Below, in pieces: positions 9,340-21,895 of a stretch of 64,000 nucleotides of DNA. The stretch lies in NCBI GenBank assembly GCA_963667565.1, contig OY763415.1, positions 64,001-128,000 of the forward strand, given 5' to 3'. The position numbers were made by a program, and so were the translations under genes. The notes under the pieces are model-generated. The model worked only from the letters and a program-made list of their open reading frames with translations, searched no databases and was not told where the DNA came from. This DNA is from Acholeplasmataceae bacterium. GTDB taxonomy: Bacteria > Bacillota_I > Bacilli_A > Acholeplasmatales > Acholeplasmataceae. Numbering within the stretch: the first letter of the stretch is position 1; the number at the start of each line of letters is the position of its first letter.

Positions 9340-9933
9340 ATGAGTCACTATTATTTAAATGATGAACAACTTAATCATGAGATCCAAGAAATTAAATTCA
9401 GTGTAGGAAAACATGTGATTATTTTAGATACAGACAGAGGTGTTTTTAGTAGAAATCAATTAGATTTTGGCACTCAAGTCTTATTGGAAAATATCGATTT
9501 TTCTGATGATTTTAAAACCATTATTGATATGGGATGCGGTTATGGTCCTATCGGTATATTGGCTGCAAAAACATGTCCAGATGCGCATATAATCATGGCA
9601 GATGTGAATGAAAGAGCAGTGCTTTTAGCGACTCAAAACGCAGAGAAAAATCAGGTAAAAAACACTGAAATTATGATCAGTTTTTTGTTTGAAAATATCA
9701 AGAAAAAAGCTGATCTCATTATATCAAACCCACCGATTAGAGCTGGTAAACAAACAGTGTTTAAACTCTATGAAGAAGCCTATCTAAATTTAAATGCAGG
9801 CGGTGTTTTTTATGCTGTTATTCAGAAAAAACAAGGTGCGCCATCCTCAGTTAAGAAACTTGAGGAAACATTTGGAAATTGTCAAGTTGTGACAAAAGAA
9901 AAAGGTTATTGGGTACTTTTAGCAGAAAAATAA
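9340..9933 (+). CDS. Class I SAM methyltransferase (YbxB/RsmC-like)
   Basis: GVFS..LDFGT, DMGCGYGPIG, NPPIRAGK; position between rplL and rpoB. Confidence 0.9.
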   Translation: MSHYYLNDEQLNHEIQEIKFSVGKHVIILDTDRGVFSRNQLDFGTQVLLENIDFSDDFKTIIDMGCGYGPIGILAAKTCPDAHIIMADVNERAVLLATQNAEKNQVKNTEIMISFLFENIKKKADLIISNPPIRAGKQTVFKLYEEAYLNLNAGGVFYAVIQKKQGAPSSVKKLEETFGNCQVVTKEKGYWVLLAEK

Positions 9934-10051
9934 AAAGATTTATTGACTATTTACAAAACATATGATAATATTATTAAATGCATAATAATGTGTTTATATA
10001 TAAATATATATATAAAACATTGTAATTCCAGACGCGATAGGAGAGTGGATT

Positions 10052-13000
10052 ATGGGATATAGAAACGTCAAGTATGGTAAGAAAGCAGAACGCAGAAATT
10101 TTTCTAGAATGCGCTATGATATTGACTTACCAGACCTCATCGAAATTCAAACAAAATCTTTTAATTGGTTCATTGAAGAAGGTATTAAAGAATTACTCGA
10201 TGATATATCACCGATCGAAGGCCACAATGGTGATTTAAAATTATATTTTGAGGAACACTATTTATCTGAACCTAAGTATGACATTATTCAATCTAAATTA
10301 CGTGATGTTAATTACGCAAAACAATTATCAGCACGTGTGAAATTGGAAAATGCGATTACTGGAGAAGTTAGAGAAAATGTAGTGTTAATGTGTGAAATCC
10401 CTTTTATGACTCCATCAGGGACTTTTGTCATTAATGGAGCTGAACGTGTAGTTGTATCCCAAATTATCCGTTCTGCAGGTGCTTATTTTACGAGCGAATT
10501 AGATAAGAAATTAAACCGTATCAAATTCTCAGCTCAAGTGATCCCAACTCGTGGGGCATGGTTAGAATATGAATTAGGTTCTAAAGACATCATGTATGCG
10601 AAGTTGGACAGATCTAAAAAAGTTCCAATGACAACAATGATGCGTGCTTTAGGTTTCCAAAAGAAGAAAGACATTTATGATGTTTTTGGAAAATCTAAAT
10701 ATATTGACGCAACATTTGAAAAAGATGACTCTAAAAACTCAGATGAAGCCATCGTTGATTTATATTCAAAATTAAGACAAGGTGAAAAAGTTCCTGCAGA
10801 AGCTGCAAGAGAATTTATTCGTATGCGCTTATTTGAAACACGTCGTTACGACTTGGCTGCTGTAGGACGTTATAAATTTAACAAAAAACTTGATGTATTA
10901 ACTCGTATTGAAGGTCAATATACGGCTAAAGATATCATTGATCCAAATACTGGTGAAGTTTTAGTTGCTGAAAAGACTAAGATTACTAAAGACATCATTA
11001 AATTACTTAAAGATCATCGTGATGCACTTCGTACTGAAGTCATTGCAAAAGAAGATTCTTTACAAAATGAAACACCAGATGAAATCTTAGCGACTTATCT
11101 TCCAGATGGTGGCGATAAATTATACACGAAAGAAAACATCTTAAACTTACGTACAGGTGAAGTTTTAGTTGTTAAAAACACTGAAGTCAATGAAGAAGTG
11201 TTCTCAGTACTTAGAAAAAATAGATCTGCACTTGATGAAAAAGTAATTAAATATTTCTTTGGTGCTAAAGATGTTTTTGAAAAAGAAAAAGAACGTATGG
11301 GCGTTATTGTTGAAATGATCGAAGTCACAGTCAAAGATCCTGAAACTGAACGTATTTATCCTGTTAAAGTCTTAGGTAGTGACCAAAGAGAAACAAGAGA
11401 ATACATCACATTATCAGATGTCGTTGCATCTATGAGTTATTATTTAAACTTATATGATGGTCTTGGATCAACAGATGATATTGACCATTTAGGTAATCGT
11501 CGTTTAAGACTCATTGGCGAATTATTAAAAAATCAATTTAGAATTGGTATTGCAAGAGCTGAAAAGAACATTAAAGACAAAATGTCTACAACAACGTTTG
11601 CTGATGCAACACCTTCAAATATTATTAACATGACACCACTTGCTGGTGCCATAAAGACTTTCTTTGGAAGTTCTCAATTATCACAATTCATGGATCAAAT
11701 CAATCCACTTGCTGAATTAACGCAAAAACGTAGAGTATCAGCACTTGGTACAGGTGGTCTAGCTAGAGATAGAGCCGGTGTGGAAGTCCGTGACGTTCAC
11801 AACTCTCACTACGGTAGAATTTGTCCAATTGAAACACCTGAAGGTCCTTCAATTGGATTGATCTCATCACTTGCTACATATGGTAAGGTTGATCAATATG
11901 GGTTTATTCAAACACCATACTTAATTGTTGATCGTAGCTCAGGTAAACCTGTGGTTACAAATCAATTTAAATATTTAACTGCAGATGAAGAATATGATGA
12001 AGTCATTGCTTCAGCAGCAACTGAATTAGCAGAAGACGGTGAAATCACAGATGAAAAAGTCATCGGTCGTCATCGTGGTGAGACTTCGATGTTTGAAGTT
12101 GAAGAAGTTACATTTATGGACGTTTCTCCTAAACAAATCGTCTCAGTTGCGACTTCAACAATTCCATTCTTGGAACACGATGATGCATCACGTGCTTTAA
12201 TGGGCGCGAACATGCAACGTCAAGCAGTACCTCTACTTAAAACGGATTCTCCAATCGTTGGTACAGGTATCGAATATCGTGCAGCGAAAGACTCAGGTAG
12301 TACAGTAGTATCAGACGTAGAAGGTTTTGTTACTTTTACTGATGGTACGAAGATTACCATCACACCAAAGCCAGAAGAAAAAGTTATGGTTGGTAATAAC
12401 GTATTATTTGATCCAGCGAAACCATTTGATTATGAAAGTGCACGCACTTTAGAATCTTATGGTATGGGTAATAGTAAAACATTCCCACTAATTAACTTCT
12501 TTAGATCAAATCAAGATACACTTGTCCTTCAAAAACCAATTGTTGGTGAAGGTGAATATGTTGAAGTTGGAGACATCATTGCTGATGGTCCATCAACAGA
12601 TAAAGGTGAATTAGCATTAGGACGTAACGTCACTGTCGCATTCATGACATGGGAAGGTTACAACTATGAAGATGCTGTCATCATGTGTGAAGATTTAGTT
12701 AAAAATGACGTATATACATCCATTCATATCGATGAATATGAAATTGAAACAAGAGAATTAAAAACTGGTTCAGGTCGTGAAGAAATTACACGCGAAGTAC
12801 CAAATGCCGGATATGAAGCTTTAAAGAACTTAGATGAAAGAGGTATTGTCATCCCTGGATCTGAAGTAAAAGAAGGCGACATTTTAGTTGGTAAGATTAC
12901 ACCAAAAGGTGTATTTGAACCAAGTCCATCTGAAAAATTAATTCATGCCGTTATCGGTGAAAAATCAAGAGAATATAGAGATTCATCACTTAGAGTTCCT

Positions 13001-13879
13001 CATGGTGGTGGTGGGGTTGTTCAATCCATCCAATATTTCTCTAAAAAGAATGGTGATGTTCTTCCATCAGGCGTTAATGAATCTATTAGAGTTTACGTTG
13101 CTAAAAAACGTAAAATTTCTGAAGGGGATAAAATGGCTGGGCGTCATGGTAATAAAGGGGTTATCTCTAAAATATTACCAAGAGAAGATATGCCATACAT
13201 GGCTGATGGTACACCAGTAGATATCATGTTAAACCCACTTGGGGTTCCATCACGTATGAATATTGGACAAATTCTTGAAATCCATTTAGGTATGGCTGCT
13301 AAACGCTTAGGTGTTAAAGTTGCAACACCAGTATTTGATGGTGTTGATGATGAAGACTTAAAAGCAATCATGGCAGAAGCTGGATTAGATCCAGATGGCA
13401 AGACAACATTATATGATGGTCGCACAGGACAACCTTATGAAAATAGAATTTCAGTAGGTGTTATGTACATGATTAAGTTATCTCACATGGTTGATGATAA
13501 ACTTCATGCAAGATCTGTTGGACCATACACACTAGTTACACAACAACCAATGGGTGGTAAAGCTCAAAATGGTGGTCAACGTTTCGGGGAAATGGAAGTT
13601 TGGGCATTATATGCTTATGGTGCTGCACATACATTACAAGAAATGTTAACTGTTAAATCTGATGATATGCTTGGTAGAAATAAAGTTTATAGTGCGATTA
13701 CGCATGGTAAAGGTATTCCAGAAGCAGGTATTCCAGAATCATTTAGAGTATTAACCAAAGAATTACAAGCCCTTGGTCTATATGTAGAATTAATCGATGC
13801 TGAGACCGGCGAAAACGAAACTGAGAAATCATTAGTCGATCAATATGCAAGTAAATATCAAAAAGGAGGGTTTCGTTAA
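10052..13879 (+). CDS. rpoB: RNA polymerase beta subunit
   Basis: [29 protein letters not shown]. Confidence 0.99.
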   Translation: MGYRNVKYGKKAERRNFSRMRYDIDLPDLIEIQTKSFNWFIEEGIKELLDDISPIEGHNGDLKLYFEEHYLSEPKYDIIQSKLRDVNYAKQLSARVKLENAITGEVRENVVLMCEIPFMTPSGTFVINGAERVVVSQIIRSAGAYFTSELDKKLNRIKFSAQVIPTRGAWLEYELGSKDIMYAKLDRSKKVPMTTMMRALGFQKKKDIYDVFGKSKYIDATFEKDDSKNSDEAIVDLYSKLRQGEKVPAEAAREFIRMRLFETRRYDLAAVGRYKFNKKLDVLTRIEGQYTAKDIIDPNTGEVLVAEKTKITKDIIKLLKDHRDALRTEVIAKEDSLQNETPDEILATYLPDGGDKLYTKENILNLRTGEVLVVKNTEVNEEVFSVLRKNRSALDEKVIKYFFGAKDVFEKEKERMGVIVEMIEVTVKDPETERIYPVKVLGSDQRETREYITLSDVVASMSYYLNLYDGLGSTDDIDHLGNRRLRLIGELLKNQFRIGIARAEKNIKDKMSTTTFADATPSNIINMTPLAGAIKTFFGSSQLSQFMDQINPLAELTQKRRVSALGTGGLARDRAGVEVRDVHNSHYGRICPIETPEGPSIGLISSLATYGKVDQYGFIQTPYLIVDRSSGKPVVTNQFKYLTADEEYDEVIASAATELAEDGEITDEKVIGRHRGETSMFEVEEVTFMDVSPKQIVSVATSTIPFLEHDDASRALMGANMQRQAVPLLKTDSPIVGTGIEYRAAKDSGSTVVSDVEGFVTFTDGTKITITPKPEEKVMVGNNVLFDPAKPFDYESARTLESYGMGNSKTFPLINFFRSNQDTLVLQKPIVGEGEYVEVGDIIADGPSTDKGELALGRNVTVAFMTWEGYNYEDAVIMCEDLVKNDVYTSIHIDEYEIETRELKTGSGREEITREVPNAGYEALKNLDERGIVIPGSEVKEGDILVGKITPKGVFEPSPSEKLIHAVIGEKSREYRDSSLRVPHGGGGVVQSIQYFSKKNGDVLPSGVNESIRVYVAKKRKISEGDKMAGRHGNKGVISKILPREDMPYMADGTPVDIMLNPLGVPSRMNIGQILEIHLGMAAKRLGVKVATPVFDGVDDEDLKAIMAEAGLDPDGKTTLYDGRTGQPYENRISVGVMYMIKLSHMVDDKLHARSVGPYTLVTQQPMGGKAQNGGQRFGEMEVWALYAYGAAHTLQEMLTVKSDDMLGRNKVYSAITHGKGIPEAGIPESFRVLTKELQALGLYVELIDAETGENETEKSLVDQYASKYQKGGFR

Positions 13880-16800
13880 TGGCTAAAGAAAAATTAACAC
13901 TTCGTGTTGAATCTTTAAAATTATCAGATGATGCATTAAATCAATTGAAACTCTCTGGTATTGATCAATTAGAAGATTTTAACACATTTAATTTAAAAGA
14001 ATTACAAATGTTATTATCTTCAAGCTTTGATGAAATCAAATCAGTTTTAAGACGTTATGCATTACCTAGACCACTAGAAAACATTGGTTTAAGCAGTGAA
14101 GTTATTGACGTATTAAACGAACATGGTATGCATGATTTGGTTGAATTTTTAGAATATGACCGTCATAGCTTATATCACTTATTTGAAGAAGATGAATTCT
14201 TAAGACAAGAAGTGAATCAAGCATTAGAATTTTATGGTTTTGATGCACTAAAAGAACATGCACATCATGAGTTAGAAACAGAAGATATCCCAGCAGAACT
14301 TGTTGCTCATGTTGAAGTTGAACATGCACTAGATATGGATTTATCAGATCGTATCCATCGTGAAATTCCTGCAGTTCGAAAAGGTTATGGTAGTCGAACA
14401 TTCTCACATTTTAAAATTCGTCTTGCATCACCTGATGAAATCAGACAATGGTCATATGGTGAAGTTAAAACACATGAAACAATCAACTACAGAACTTCTA
14501 AACCTGAAGTTGGTGGATTATTCTGTGAAAGAATTTTTGGTCCTACAAGAGATTACCAATGTGCTTGTGGTAAAAAACAAAGCGGTAATAAAGGCCAAAT
14601 CTGTCAAAAATGTGGTATTGAAATCACTGAATCAAAAGTACGTAGAGAACGTATGGGACATATTGAGTTAGAAGCACCAGTTGTTCATACTTGGTACTTA
14701 AAAAACTCACCTTCTAGACTTGCCATCCTTTTAGGTATTAAAGCGAAAGCATTAGAAGAAGTTGTTTACCATGCATCATATATCGTGACGGATCCAGGAT
14801 CTGCACCACTTGCTAAAAAACAAATCTTATCTGAACAAGATTATTCTATGTTAACTGAAAAATATTGGAACAAGTTCACTGCCTTAACAGGTGCTGAAGC
14901 GGTTAAAAAATTGTTACAAGAACTTGATTTAGATAAAGAAGTTAAATCATTACGTAAAAAGTTAAAAACATCATCTAAACAAAAACGTGATCGCATCATA
15001 AAACGTTTAGAAGTTGTTGAAGCATTCAATAATTCTGATAACAAACCAGAATGGATGGTTATGGATGTCATTCCTGTCATTCCACCAGATTTAAGACCCA
15101 TGGTTGCACTAGATGGTGGCCGTTTTGCGACAACTGACTTAAATGACTTATACCGTCGTATTTTAAATCGTAACAATCGTTTAAAGAAACAAAAAGAACA
15201 AATGGCTCCAAGATTAATTACTAAGAATGAAAAACGTATGTTACAAGAAGCTGTGGATGCATTATTTGATAATGCGAAACGTGGTAAAAAAGCAGCAGTA
15301 GAAAGAAACCGTCATTTAAAATCATTATCTGATATGTTACGTGGTAAACAAGGACGTTTCAGACAAAACTTACTTGGTAAACGTGTTGACTACTCAGGTC
15401 GTTCAGTTATTATTGTTGGACCAGACTTACAAATGTATCAATGTGGTATCCCAAGAGAAATGGCGATTACATTATTTAAACCATTCGTTTTAAGAGAATT
15501 ACAAAGATTATCTGGAAATGAATCTAGTTCAAAGAAAAATGCAAACGCTAAATACGAAAAGATGGACGATGATGTTTGGGCAGCTTTAGAAAAAGTGGTA
15601 AGAGAACATCCAGTGTTATTAAACCGTGCACCTACATTACATAGATTAGGTATTCAAGCATTTGAACCTAAATTAATTGATGGTAAAGCGATTCGTCTTC
15701 ACCCACTTGTTACACCAGCGTTTAACGCTGACTTTGACGGTGACCAAATGGCTGTTCACGTGCCTCTATCAAATGAAGCACAAGCAGAAGCAAGACTTTT
15801 AATGTTAGCTTCTAACAACATCTTAAATCCAAAAGATGGTAAACCAGTTGTTACACCTTCACAAGATATGGTTTTAGGTAACTATTACTTAACGATTGAA
15901 GAAAAACGTGATAAACAATTTCATGGTTATCGCAGTGAAATTCGTTTAGAAGAACATTTAAATAAACATCGTAACGAAGGACATTTCTTCTTTGATTTTG
16001 ATGAAGCACAACTTGCCTATGATCACCAAGAAATTGGTCTTCATACAAGAATCTTAATTGATCCAAATAGTATCAATCAAGAATTTAGTGAAACTCAAAA
16101 GAATAGTTATTTAGTCACAACTTTAGGTAAACTTATATTTAATAGAATTTTACCTGAATCATTCCCATATTTAAATGAACCAACAGCGCAAAACTTAGAA
16201 GTTGCTACACCTGATAAGTACTTTATGCCTAAAGGGACAAACCCTAAAGAATTTTTAGAAAAATTAGATGTACCTTCACCATTTAAGAAGAAATTCTTAT
16301 CACAAATCATTGCTCAAGTCTTTAAACAATTACACATCTCAGAAACATCTAAGATGTTAGATAGATTAAAAGACTTAGGATTTAAATATTCAACCGTTGC
16401 TGGTATTACAGTTTCATTTGCTGATATCAATGTATACTCAGGTAAACATGATCGTATCGAAAAAGCGAATGAAAAAATTGATCAAATCAACAGTTGGTAT
16501 GATGAAGGTTGGTTAACTGACCAAGAGCGTAAAGATCTTGTTATTAAAGAATGGCAAGTTGCCAGAGACGATATCCAAACAGGCTTAATGGCTGAGTTTG
16601 ATAAAGATAACAACATCTATATGATGAGTGACTCTGGAGCGCGTGGTAACGCATCAAACTTCTCACAATTAGCAGGTATGCGTGGACTTATGAATAACCC
16701 TAAAGGGGATATTATTGAAGTTCCAGTACAAGCGTCATTTAGAGAAGGCTTAACAGTATCTGAATTCTTTATCTCAACGCATGGTGCGAGAAAAGGTTCT

Positions 16801-18063
16801 ACCGATACAGCGCTTAAAACCGCTGAATCAGGCTATTTAACAAGAAGACTTGTAGACGTTTCACAAGATGTGATTGTTGTTGAAGAAGATTGTGGTACTG
16901 AACGTGGTGTCATAATGAAATCTGTTGTTGAAGATGGTACAAAAGAAATTGTTCCATTATATGATAGAATTGTTGGACGCTTTGCATCAAAAGATGTTAT
17001 AAATCCAAAAACTAAAGAAGTGTATGCAAAGAGAAATGATTTAATCACTGAAGAAATGGGTGCGAAAATCATTGATGCAGGCATTACTGAAGTTGAAATT
17101 AGAAGTAATTTAACATGTAATTCTGATAATGGTGTTTGTGCGAAATGTTATGGTAGAAACCTAGCAACAAACACAAGAGTTGAAGTTGGTGAAGCTGTAG
17201 GGGTTGTCGCTGCACAATCTATTGGTGAACCAGGTACTCAGTTAACCATGAGAACATTCCACACCGGTGGGGTTGCTTCTGCATCAGATATTACACAAGG
17301 TCTTCCACGTATTCAAGAGCTTTTCGAAGCTAGAAACCCTAAAGGTAAAGCGGTGTTAACTGAAGTTGATGGTAAAGTCAAATCAGTTGATCGTCAACGT
17401 GGTGGATTATCAGTTGTTACCATTACTGACAATGATGAAAAAGAATATAAATACACGATTGATGCGAATGTCGAATCATTAGTGAGAAAAGGTTCTGCTG
17501 TTAAAGCTGGTCAAAGATTAACAATGGGTTCTATCAATCCAAAAGAATTGTTAAGAATTGTCTCTGTAGATGCTGCTGAAACATATATTCTTGAAGAAGT
17601 TCAAAAAGTTTATCGTGCACAAGGTGTAGAAATTTCAGATAAACATATCGAATTAATTATTCGTCAAATGTTAAGACGTATTACTGTCATCACAGAAGGA
17701 GAAACTGAGTTATTACCAGGTACTGAGGTATCAGTTTCAGAATTCAAACGTGAAAACATGAAAGCTTTCAAAGCTGGTAAACGTCCAGCAGTAGGTCGTC
17801 CAATCTTATTAGGTATTACAAGAGCATCACTAAGAAGTGATTCATTCTTATCTGCAGCATCATTCCAAGAAACAACTAGAATCTTAACGGATGCAGCAAT
17901 TAGAGGTAAAGTTGATGAATTACATGGCTTAAAAGAAAATGTTATCATCGGTGGATTAATTCCAGCTGGTACAGGTATTTTAAGAGATACACATTTTGCT
18001 TATGATCGTTCTAATGCTTATAGTGAAGAAGATGATGATCAAATGGAAGATTACGGATTCTAA
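13879..18063 (+). CDS. rpoC: RNA polymerase beta' subunit with ~174-aa N-terminal extension
   Basis: [27 protein letters not shown] and TAATG overlap with rpoB. Confidence 0.99.
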   Translation: MAKEKLTLRVESLKLSDDALNQLKLSGIDQLEDFNTFNLKELQMLLSSSFDEIKSVLRRYALPRPLENIGLSSEVIDVLNEHGMHDLVEFLEYDRHSLYHLFEEDEFLRQEVNQALEFYGFDALKEHAHHELETEDIPAELVAHVEVEHALDMDLSDRIHREIPAVRKGYGSRTFSHFKIRLASPDEIRQWSYGEVKTHETINYRTSKPEVGGLFCERIFGPTRDYQCACGKKQSGNKGQICQKCGIEITESKVRRERMGHIELEAPVVHTWYLKNSPSRLAILLGIKAKALEEVVYHASYIVTDPGSAPLAKKQILSEQDYSMLTEKYWNKFTALTGAEAVKKLLQELDLDKEVKSLRKKLKTSSKQKRDRIIKRLEVVEAFNNSDNKPEWMVMDVIPVIPPDLRPMVALDGGRFATTDLNDLYRRILNRNNRLKKQKEQMAPRLITKNEKRMLQEAVDALFDNAKRGKKAAVERNRHLKSLSDMLRGKQGRFRQNLLGKRVDYSGRSVIIVGPDLQMYQCGIPREMAITLFKPFVLRELQRLSGNESSSKKNANAKYEKMDDDVWAALEKVVREHPVLLNRAPTLHRLGIQAFEPKLIDGKAIRLHPLVTPAFNADFDGDQMAVHVPLSNEAQAEARLLMLASNNILNPKDGKPVVTPSQDMVLGNYYLTIEEKRDKQFHGYRSEIRLEEHLNKHRNEGHFFFDFDEAQLAYDHQEIGLHTRILIDPNSINQEFSETQKNSYLVTTLGKLIFNRILPESFPYLNEPTAQNLEVATPDKYFMPKGTNPKEFLEKLDVPSPFKKKFLSQIIAQVFKQLHISETSKMLDRLKDLGFKYSTVAGITVSFADINVYSGKHDRIEKANEKIDQINSWYDEGWLTDQERKDLVIKEWQVARDDIQTGLMAEFDKDNNIYMMSDSGARGNASNFSQLAGMRGLMNNPKGDIIEVPVQASFREGLTVSEFFISTHGARKGSTDTALKTAESGYLTRRLVDVSQDVIVVEEDCGTERGVIMKSVVEDGTKEIVPLYDRIVGRFASKDVINPKTKEVYAKRNDLITEEMGAKIIDAGITEVEIRSNLTCNSDNGVCAKCYGRNLATNTRVEVGEAVGVVAAQSIGEPGTQLTMRTFHTGGVASASDITQGLPRIQELFEARNPKGKAVLTEVDGKVKSVDRQRGGLSVVTITDNDEKEYKYTIDANVESLVRKGSAVKAGQRLTMGSINPKELLRIVSVDAAETYILEEVQKVYRAQGVEISDKHIELIIRQMLRRITVITEGETELLPGTEVSVSEFKRENMKAFKAGKRPAVGRPILLGITRASLRSDSFLSAASFQETTRILTDAAIRGKVDELHGLKENVIIGGLIPAGTGILRDTHFAYDRSNAYSEEDDDQMEDYGF

Positions 18064-18073
18064 TTAAATCAGT

Positions 18074-18103
18074 AAAGCACCTTCAATTGAAGGTGCTTTT
18101 TTT
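18074..18103 (+). terminator. Intrinsic terminator after rpoC
   Basis: aaagcaccttc-aatt-gaaggtgcttt plus T-run. Confidence 0.85.
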
Positions 18104-18177
18104 ATTTGACAATCTATAATGATGAGACTATAATAACAAGTAAATATACAATGAAAATATCTTTTGGGAGGGACACT

Positions 18178-18468
18178 ATGAAGAAAAAGAAGAAGGTTTT
18201 TATTATTTTAGGCACAATGATTCTCGTGTTTTTTTCAATGTTTCTTACTGATTATATAAGAGTAAAAAATGTAGCAGCACCTATATTTGCCATTCGAATA
18301 TCTGATGATAATACGAATGATAAAGTTTATTTAGGGATGTTATACTTTGTTCAATATCATCAAGAATACCAAAGTGTATCACCAGAAGATCCACCAGCTG
18401 ATGATATAATAATTGTGACTTATGAAATATATCCTTGGTGGGATAAACTAGATCATCCATGGCCATAA
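18178..18468 (+). CDS. Small membrane-anchored hypothetical protein
   Basis: GGGAGG RBS; poly-Lys followed by a hydrophobic N-terminus. Confidence 0.65.
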   Translation: MKKKKKVFIILGTMILVFFSMFLTDYIRVKNVAAPIFAIRISDDNTNDKVYLGMLYFVQYHQEYQSVSPEDPPADDIIIVTYEIYPWWDKLDHPWP

Positions 18469-18592
18469 AATAAATGCTAGCAAGAAAAAGACTACTTGAC
18501 AATGATATGTATAAAACAAGCTAAAAAATAGTAATATCCTTTATCAGATGTCACATTCGTGTTATGCTATCTTTATATAAAGGAGATTTATC

Positions 18593-19543
18593 ATGGCAGA
18601 TTTCTTTTTACACGCACAACTTATTGAAGATATTTATAACGCACATCAAACCTATAAGCACTTAGAAGTTGCTAAAATAGGTGCTCAAGGTCCTGATCCT
18701 TTTTATTATGTCATAAAAAAGGGGATATCTGCATCATCACATATGCTTGCAGATTTAATGCATGATGAAAAAATCAATGATTTTTTAATTGCGCTTACAG
18801 ATGAAGTGAAAACACAAAATGATGAACTATTAAAAGCATATCTCATCGGTTTTATAACACACTTTATATTAGATGTGAATATTCATCCATATATCTATTA
18901 TTTCACTGGTGAATATATCGAAAGTGAACTTAAAACACATATATATAGAGGATATCATTTAAGATTTGAACGTAGCGTCGATATTTCATATATTAGACAT
19001 AGATATCAAAAAAATCCAATTGATTTTCATTTAAGAAAAAGAATTGTACCATTAAAAGAAGTTCCAAATCAAATTTTAGAACTTCACAAAAATGTTGCAT
19101 TAAAGATCTATGACCAAAAACATGCTGATATGAAATTCGATTCTGGATATCATACGATGAGAGTATTGCTTAAACTCTTCATCAAAGATGTTACAGGATT
19201 AAAAAAAGTAGTGTTATCGATTGCTGATATGTTTTCAAAAACTTCCCCTATTTTCCTAAAAGATTATCCATATCACAAAAAAGATAGATCATATGATTAT
19301 TTAAATTTAAGTCATCATCCGTGGCATCATCCAATCACAAACGAGACATATACATTAAGTGTTCTAGATATTTATGATCAAGCGTATAAAGAAGCAGATG
19401 ACACCATCAAAGAAGTGCTTGCATATTTAGATGGTAAAGATGTTGATCTTAAACGTCTATTTAAAAATAGGTCGTTTAATTCAGGATTTGACACATCAAA
19501 AGAAAGAACGATGAAATACTTTAAGTTATTTGACAAAAAATAA
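18593..19543 (+). CDS. Zinc-dependent phospholipase C family protein (no signal peptide)
   Basis: N-terminal His, GAQGPDPFYY, GFITHFILDVNIHPY, HLRFE. Confidence 0.8.
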   Translation: MADFFLHAQLIEDIYNAHQTYKHLEVAKIGAQGPDPFYYVIKKGISASSHMLADLMHDEKINDFLIALTDEVKTQNDELLKAYLIGFITHFILDVNIHPYIYYFTGEYIESELKTHIYRGYHLRFERSVDISYIRHRYQKNPIDFHLRKRIVPLKEVPNQILELHKNVALKIYDQKHADMKFDSGYHTMRVLLKLFIKDVTGLKKVVLSIADMFSKTSPIFLKDYPYHKKDRSYDYLNLSHHPWHHPITNETYTLSVLDIYDQAYKEADDTIKEVLAYLDGKDVDLKRLFKNRSFNSGFDTSKERTMKYFKLFDKK

Positions 19544-19565
19544 AGCATTCAAATGAATGCTTTTT
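19542..19565. terminator. Terminator between convergent genes
   Basis: aaagcattc-aaat-gaatgcttt. Confidence 0.7.
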
Positions 19566-19590
19566 GTTTGTAGTTATATAATTTTTTTTA

Positions 19591-20847
19591 TTAAGTTAGT
19601 TCTTTTTGTTTTGGATGTACAAAGAATAATAAGATTGCACTTAGTATCAATGGTGCTACCAAAGTTAAGACTGCATTGTTAATGCCAATGGATGTGATAA
19701 ATATACCTAATAAGAAAGGACTAAATATACCTGAAAATCTACCGAATACACTAAAGAATCCAAAGAATTCATTAGCTTTATCTTTTGGAAGCATTTTTGC
19801 AAAGTAGCTTCTAGAAATGGATTGAATACCACCTTGAGCACTACCGACTAAAACACCAACGACCCACATGAGATATGTGGTTTCTTCATGTATAAATGAT
19901 GTGATCACAATGGTGATGATGTAGATGATAATGCCATAATAAATCATGACTTTACCGCCAAATTTATCAGCTAGTCTACCATAAATAATGGCACTTGGGA
20001 ATGCGACTAATTGAACAAGAACAACGACACCTAATAAGACAGAAACACCAACTTCAAGTTCAGTACCTATGGTTGTTGCTAAACGAATGACTGTGTTAAC
20101 GACATCGTTATAGAAAAGATAAGCAATCATGAAAATAAAGATTGAGCGATATTTTCTAACATGAGAGAATGTTTGACCTAAACTCTTAAATGCATCTTTA
20201 ATAGGTGTAGGTGATTTTTCAAGATTATATGTTTGTTCAACATCTTTAAGTAGTGGAAGAGAATAATAAAACCACCAAATGAGTGCGACAACAAATGCAA
20301 ATGCAACTGTTATGTATTCATAACTTGCATCTAAAATACCAAAAGTGACTAAAGCATAAGGTATAATAGCAACCGCAAATGGAATCATGGATCCGATATA
20401 TCCCCATGCATATCCTTTTGAACTTACCTCATCCATGCGATCTTCTGTTGTCACATCCATTAAAAATGCATCATAGATCACATTAGTTAATGAATAACCA
20501 ATACTTGAGATAATAAAGAATGCAAGAAGTGACACAACTTCTAATCCTGGAATGACCAGTCCTAATCCACCAACAAGTCCTAAGACTAAAAAGATTTTAA
20601 AGAATTTCATCTTATGACCACGGTAATTAGATAAAGCACCGATAATCGGTGATATTAACGCAACCGTAAGTGCGATACCTGCAGTAACAAATGCGAAGAT
20701 TTGAGTGCGGTTTTCTACATTAGCAGCAATGCTTTGATAATAAATAGGGAATAATACAGTAATAATTGTTAAGATGTATGCTGAATTGGCAATGTCATAT
20801 AATACCCAGCTACGTTCTTTTTTTGATAAACCTTTAAGTTTAAACAT
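19591..20847 (-). CDS. MFS transporter, UMF1/Atg22-like
   Basis: SWVLYDIANSAY, SSKGYAWGYIG, GGIQSISRSYFA, EFFGFF. Confidence 0.88.
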   Translation of the reverse strand: MFKLKGLSKKERSWVLYDIANSAYILTIITVLFPIYYQSIAANVENRTQIFAFVTAGIALTVALISPIIGALSNYRGHKMKFFKIFLVLGLVGGLGLVIPGLEVVSLLAFFIISSIGYSLTNVIYDAFLMDVTTEDRMDEVSSKGYAWGYIGSMIPFAVAIIPYALVTFGILDASYEYITVAFAFVVALIWWFYYSLPLLKDVEQTYNLEKSPTPIKDAFKSLGQTFSHVRKYRSIFIFMIAYLFYNDVVNTVIRLATTIGTELEVGVSVLLGVVVLVQLVAFPSAIIYGRLADKFGGKVMIYYGIIIYIITIVITSFIHEETTYLMWVVGVLVGSAQGGIQSISRSYFAKMLPKDKANEFFGFFSVFGRFSGIFSPFLLGIFITSIGINNAVLTLVAPLILSAILLFFVHPKQKELT

Positions 20848-20933
20848 GAATTTCTCCTTATGAGATATATTTTTTATAAGTTCATTATAAGTGATTCAAA
20901 GCGTGTTACATGATAAGTTTTCAAACAATTTAC

Positions 20934-21683
20934 TTAAGCACTAAGTAGTGCTTTTTGTTTTCTATATCTTCTAAAGTCTCTAATGAAAAATGGAATATAG
21001 AAAAGATGGAAGAAGATGGGAATACCAAAGATAAGTAAGTTTAACACGTACCATGGCCATTCACCAAATAAATCAAATGCAGTACCTTCACCAGGTTTAC
21101 CCATTAAATATAAATAATTTCCACCTGTAACTAAATTAACTAAAAACATGACAGCTGCAATACCTACTAATGCGATAAAGTTATTTAAGAGTAAACGATA
21201 TCTCATATTTTTTTGGAAATTATAAACAAAAAGTAAGACAGTAAAATTAATTAAAATCATGCCATGTGAAAAGAAGAATTGAAAATAACGATAATGAGGA
21301 AACCCTAAATTCTCTTCAATTGCTGGTGTTAAAATAGCCATAGTTGCACCAATCATCATGATAAAGAAAACATTTTGAAATACTTTTTCGTTTTTGGTGA
21401 TAAGGAGGTAAGCAGAAGTTAAAACACCAAGACCACACAATTGTAATGGAAGTGATGTAGCAATTTCCCATTGTCCTAAAACAATTCTATAAATGTTTAA
21501 TGACAATTCTTGACCAAGTGTTAAACCTGCCAAGATGTAAGTGAATAAAGTTAAATGTTTCCACGATCTAAGTTTGTCTTTATAAAATATAATTAAGAAA
21601 ATAAAAAAGAAAACAACTAATACAGGAATCAAATGATAAATCGTGTAAGATTGGAACGTATTAGCAAGTGATGGATCAAACAT
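20934..21683 (-). CDS. YwaF/TIGR02206 (TMEM164-like) membrane protein, possible acyltransferase
   Basis: LPLQLC, FPHYRYFQFFFSH, NYLYL..KP, FGEWPWY; ATG after AAGGAG. Confidence 0.8.
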   Translation of the reverse strand: MFDPSLANTFQSYTIYHLIPVLVVFFFIFLIIFYKDKLRSWKHLTLFTYILAGLTLGQELSLNIYRIVLGQWEIATSLPLQLCGLGVLTSAYLLITKNEKVFQNVFFIMMIGATMAILTPAIEENLGFPHYRYFQFFFSHGMILINFTVLLFVYNFQKNMRYRLLLNNFIALVGIAAVMFLVNLVTGGNYLYLMGKPGEGTAFDLFGEWPWYVLNLLIFGIPIFFHLFYIPFFIRDFRRYRKQKALLSA

Positions 21684-21895
21684 GATATTCTCCTTTAGTT
21701 TGAAGTTAAAAGCATTTGATTCAATTATAAAGGAAAGTAAATTAAAAAACAATCACTGATATGATTTTATCCATAAATGTAGATAAAACGATACGTATAA
21801 AGATATACTTTTAAATTACATTTAAAAAAGTAAATCATCATAAAAAGAGGCTATCGTGTTATAATGATTGATGAAAAGACGAAAGGATTTAAGTT

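Noticed and set aside
9987..10022. AT-alternating palindrome upstream of rpoB
   Set aside because: Low-complexity TA run, expected in AT-rich DNA; no further support.
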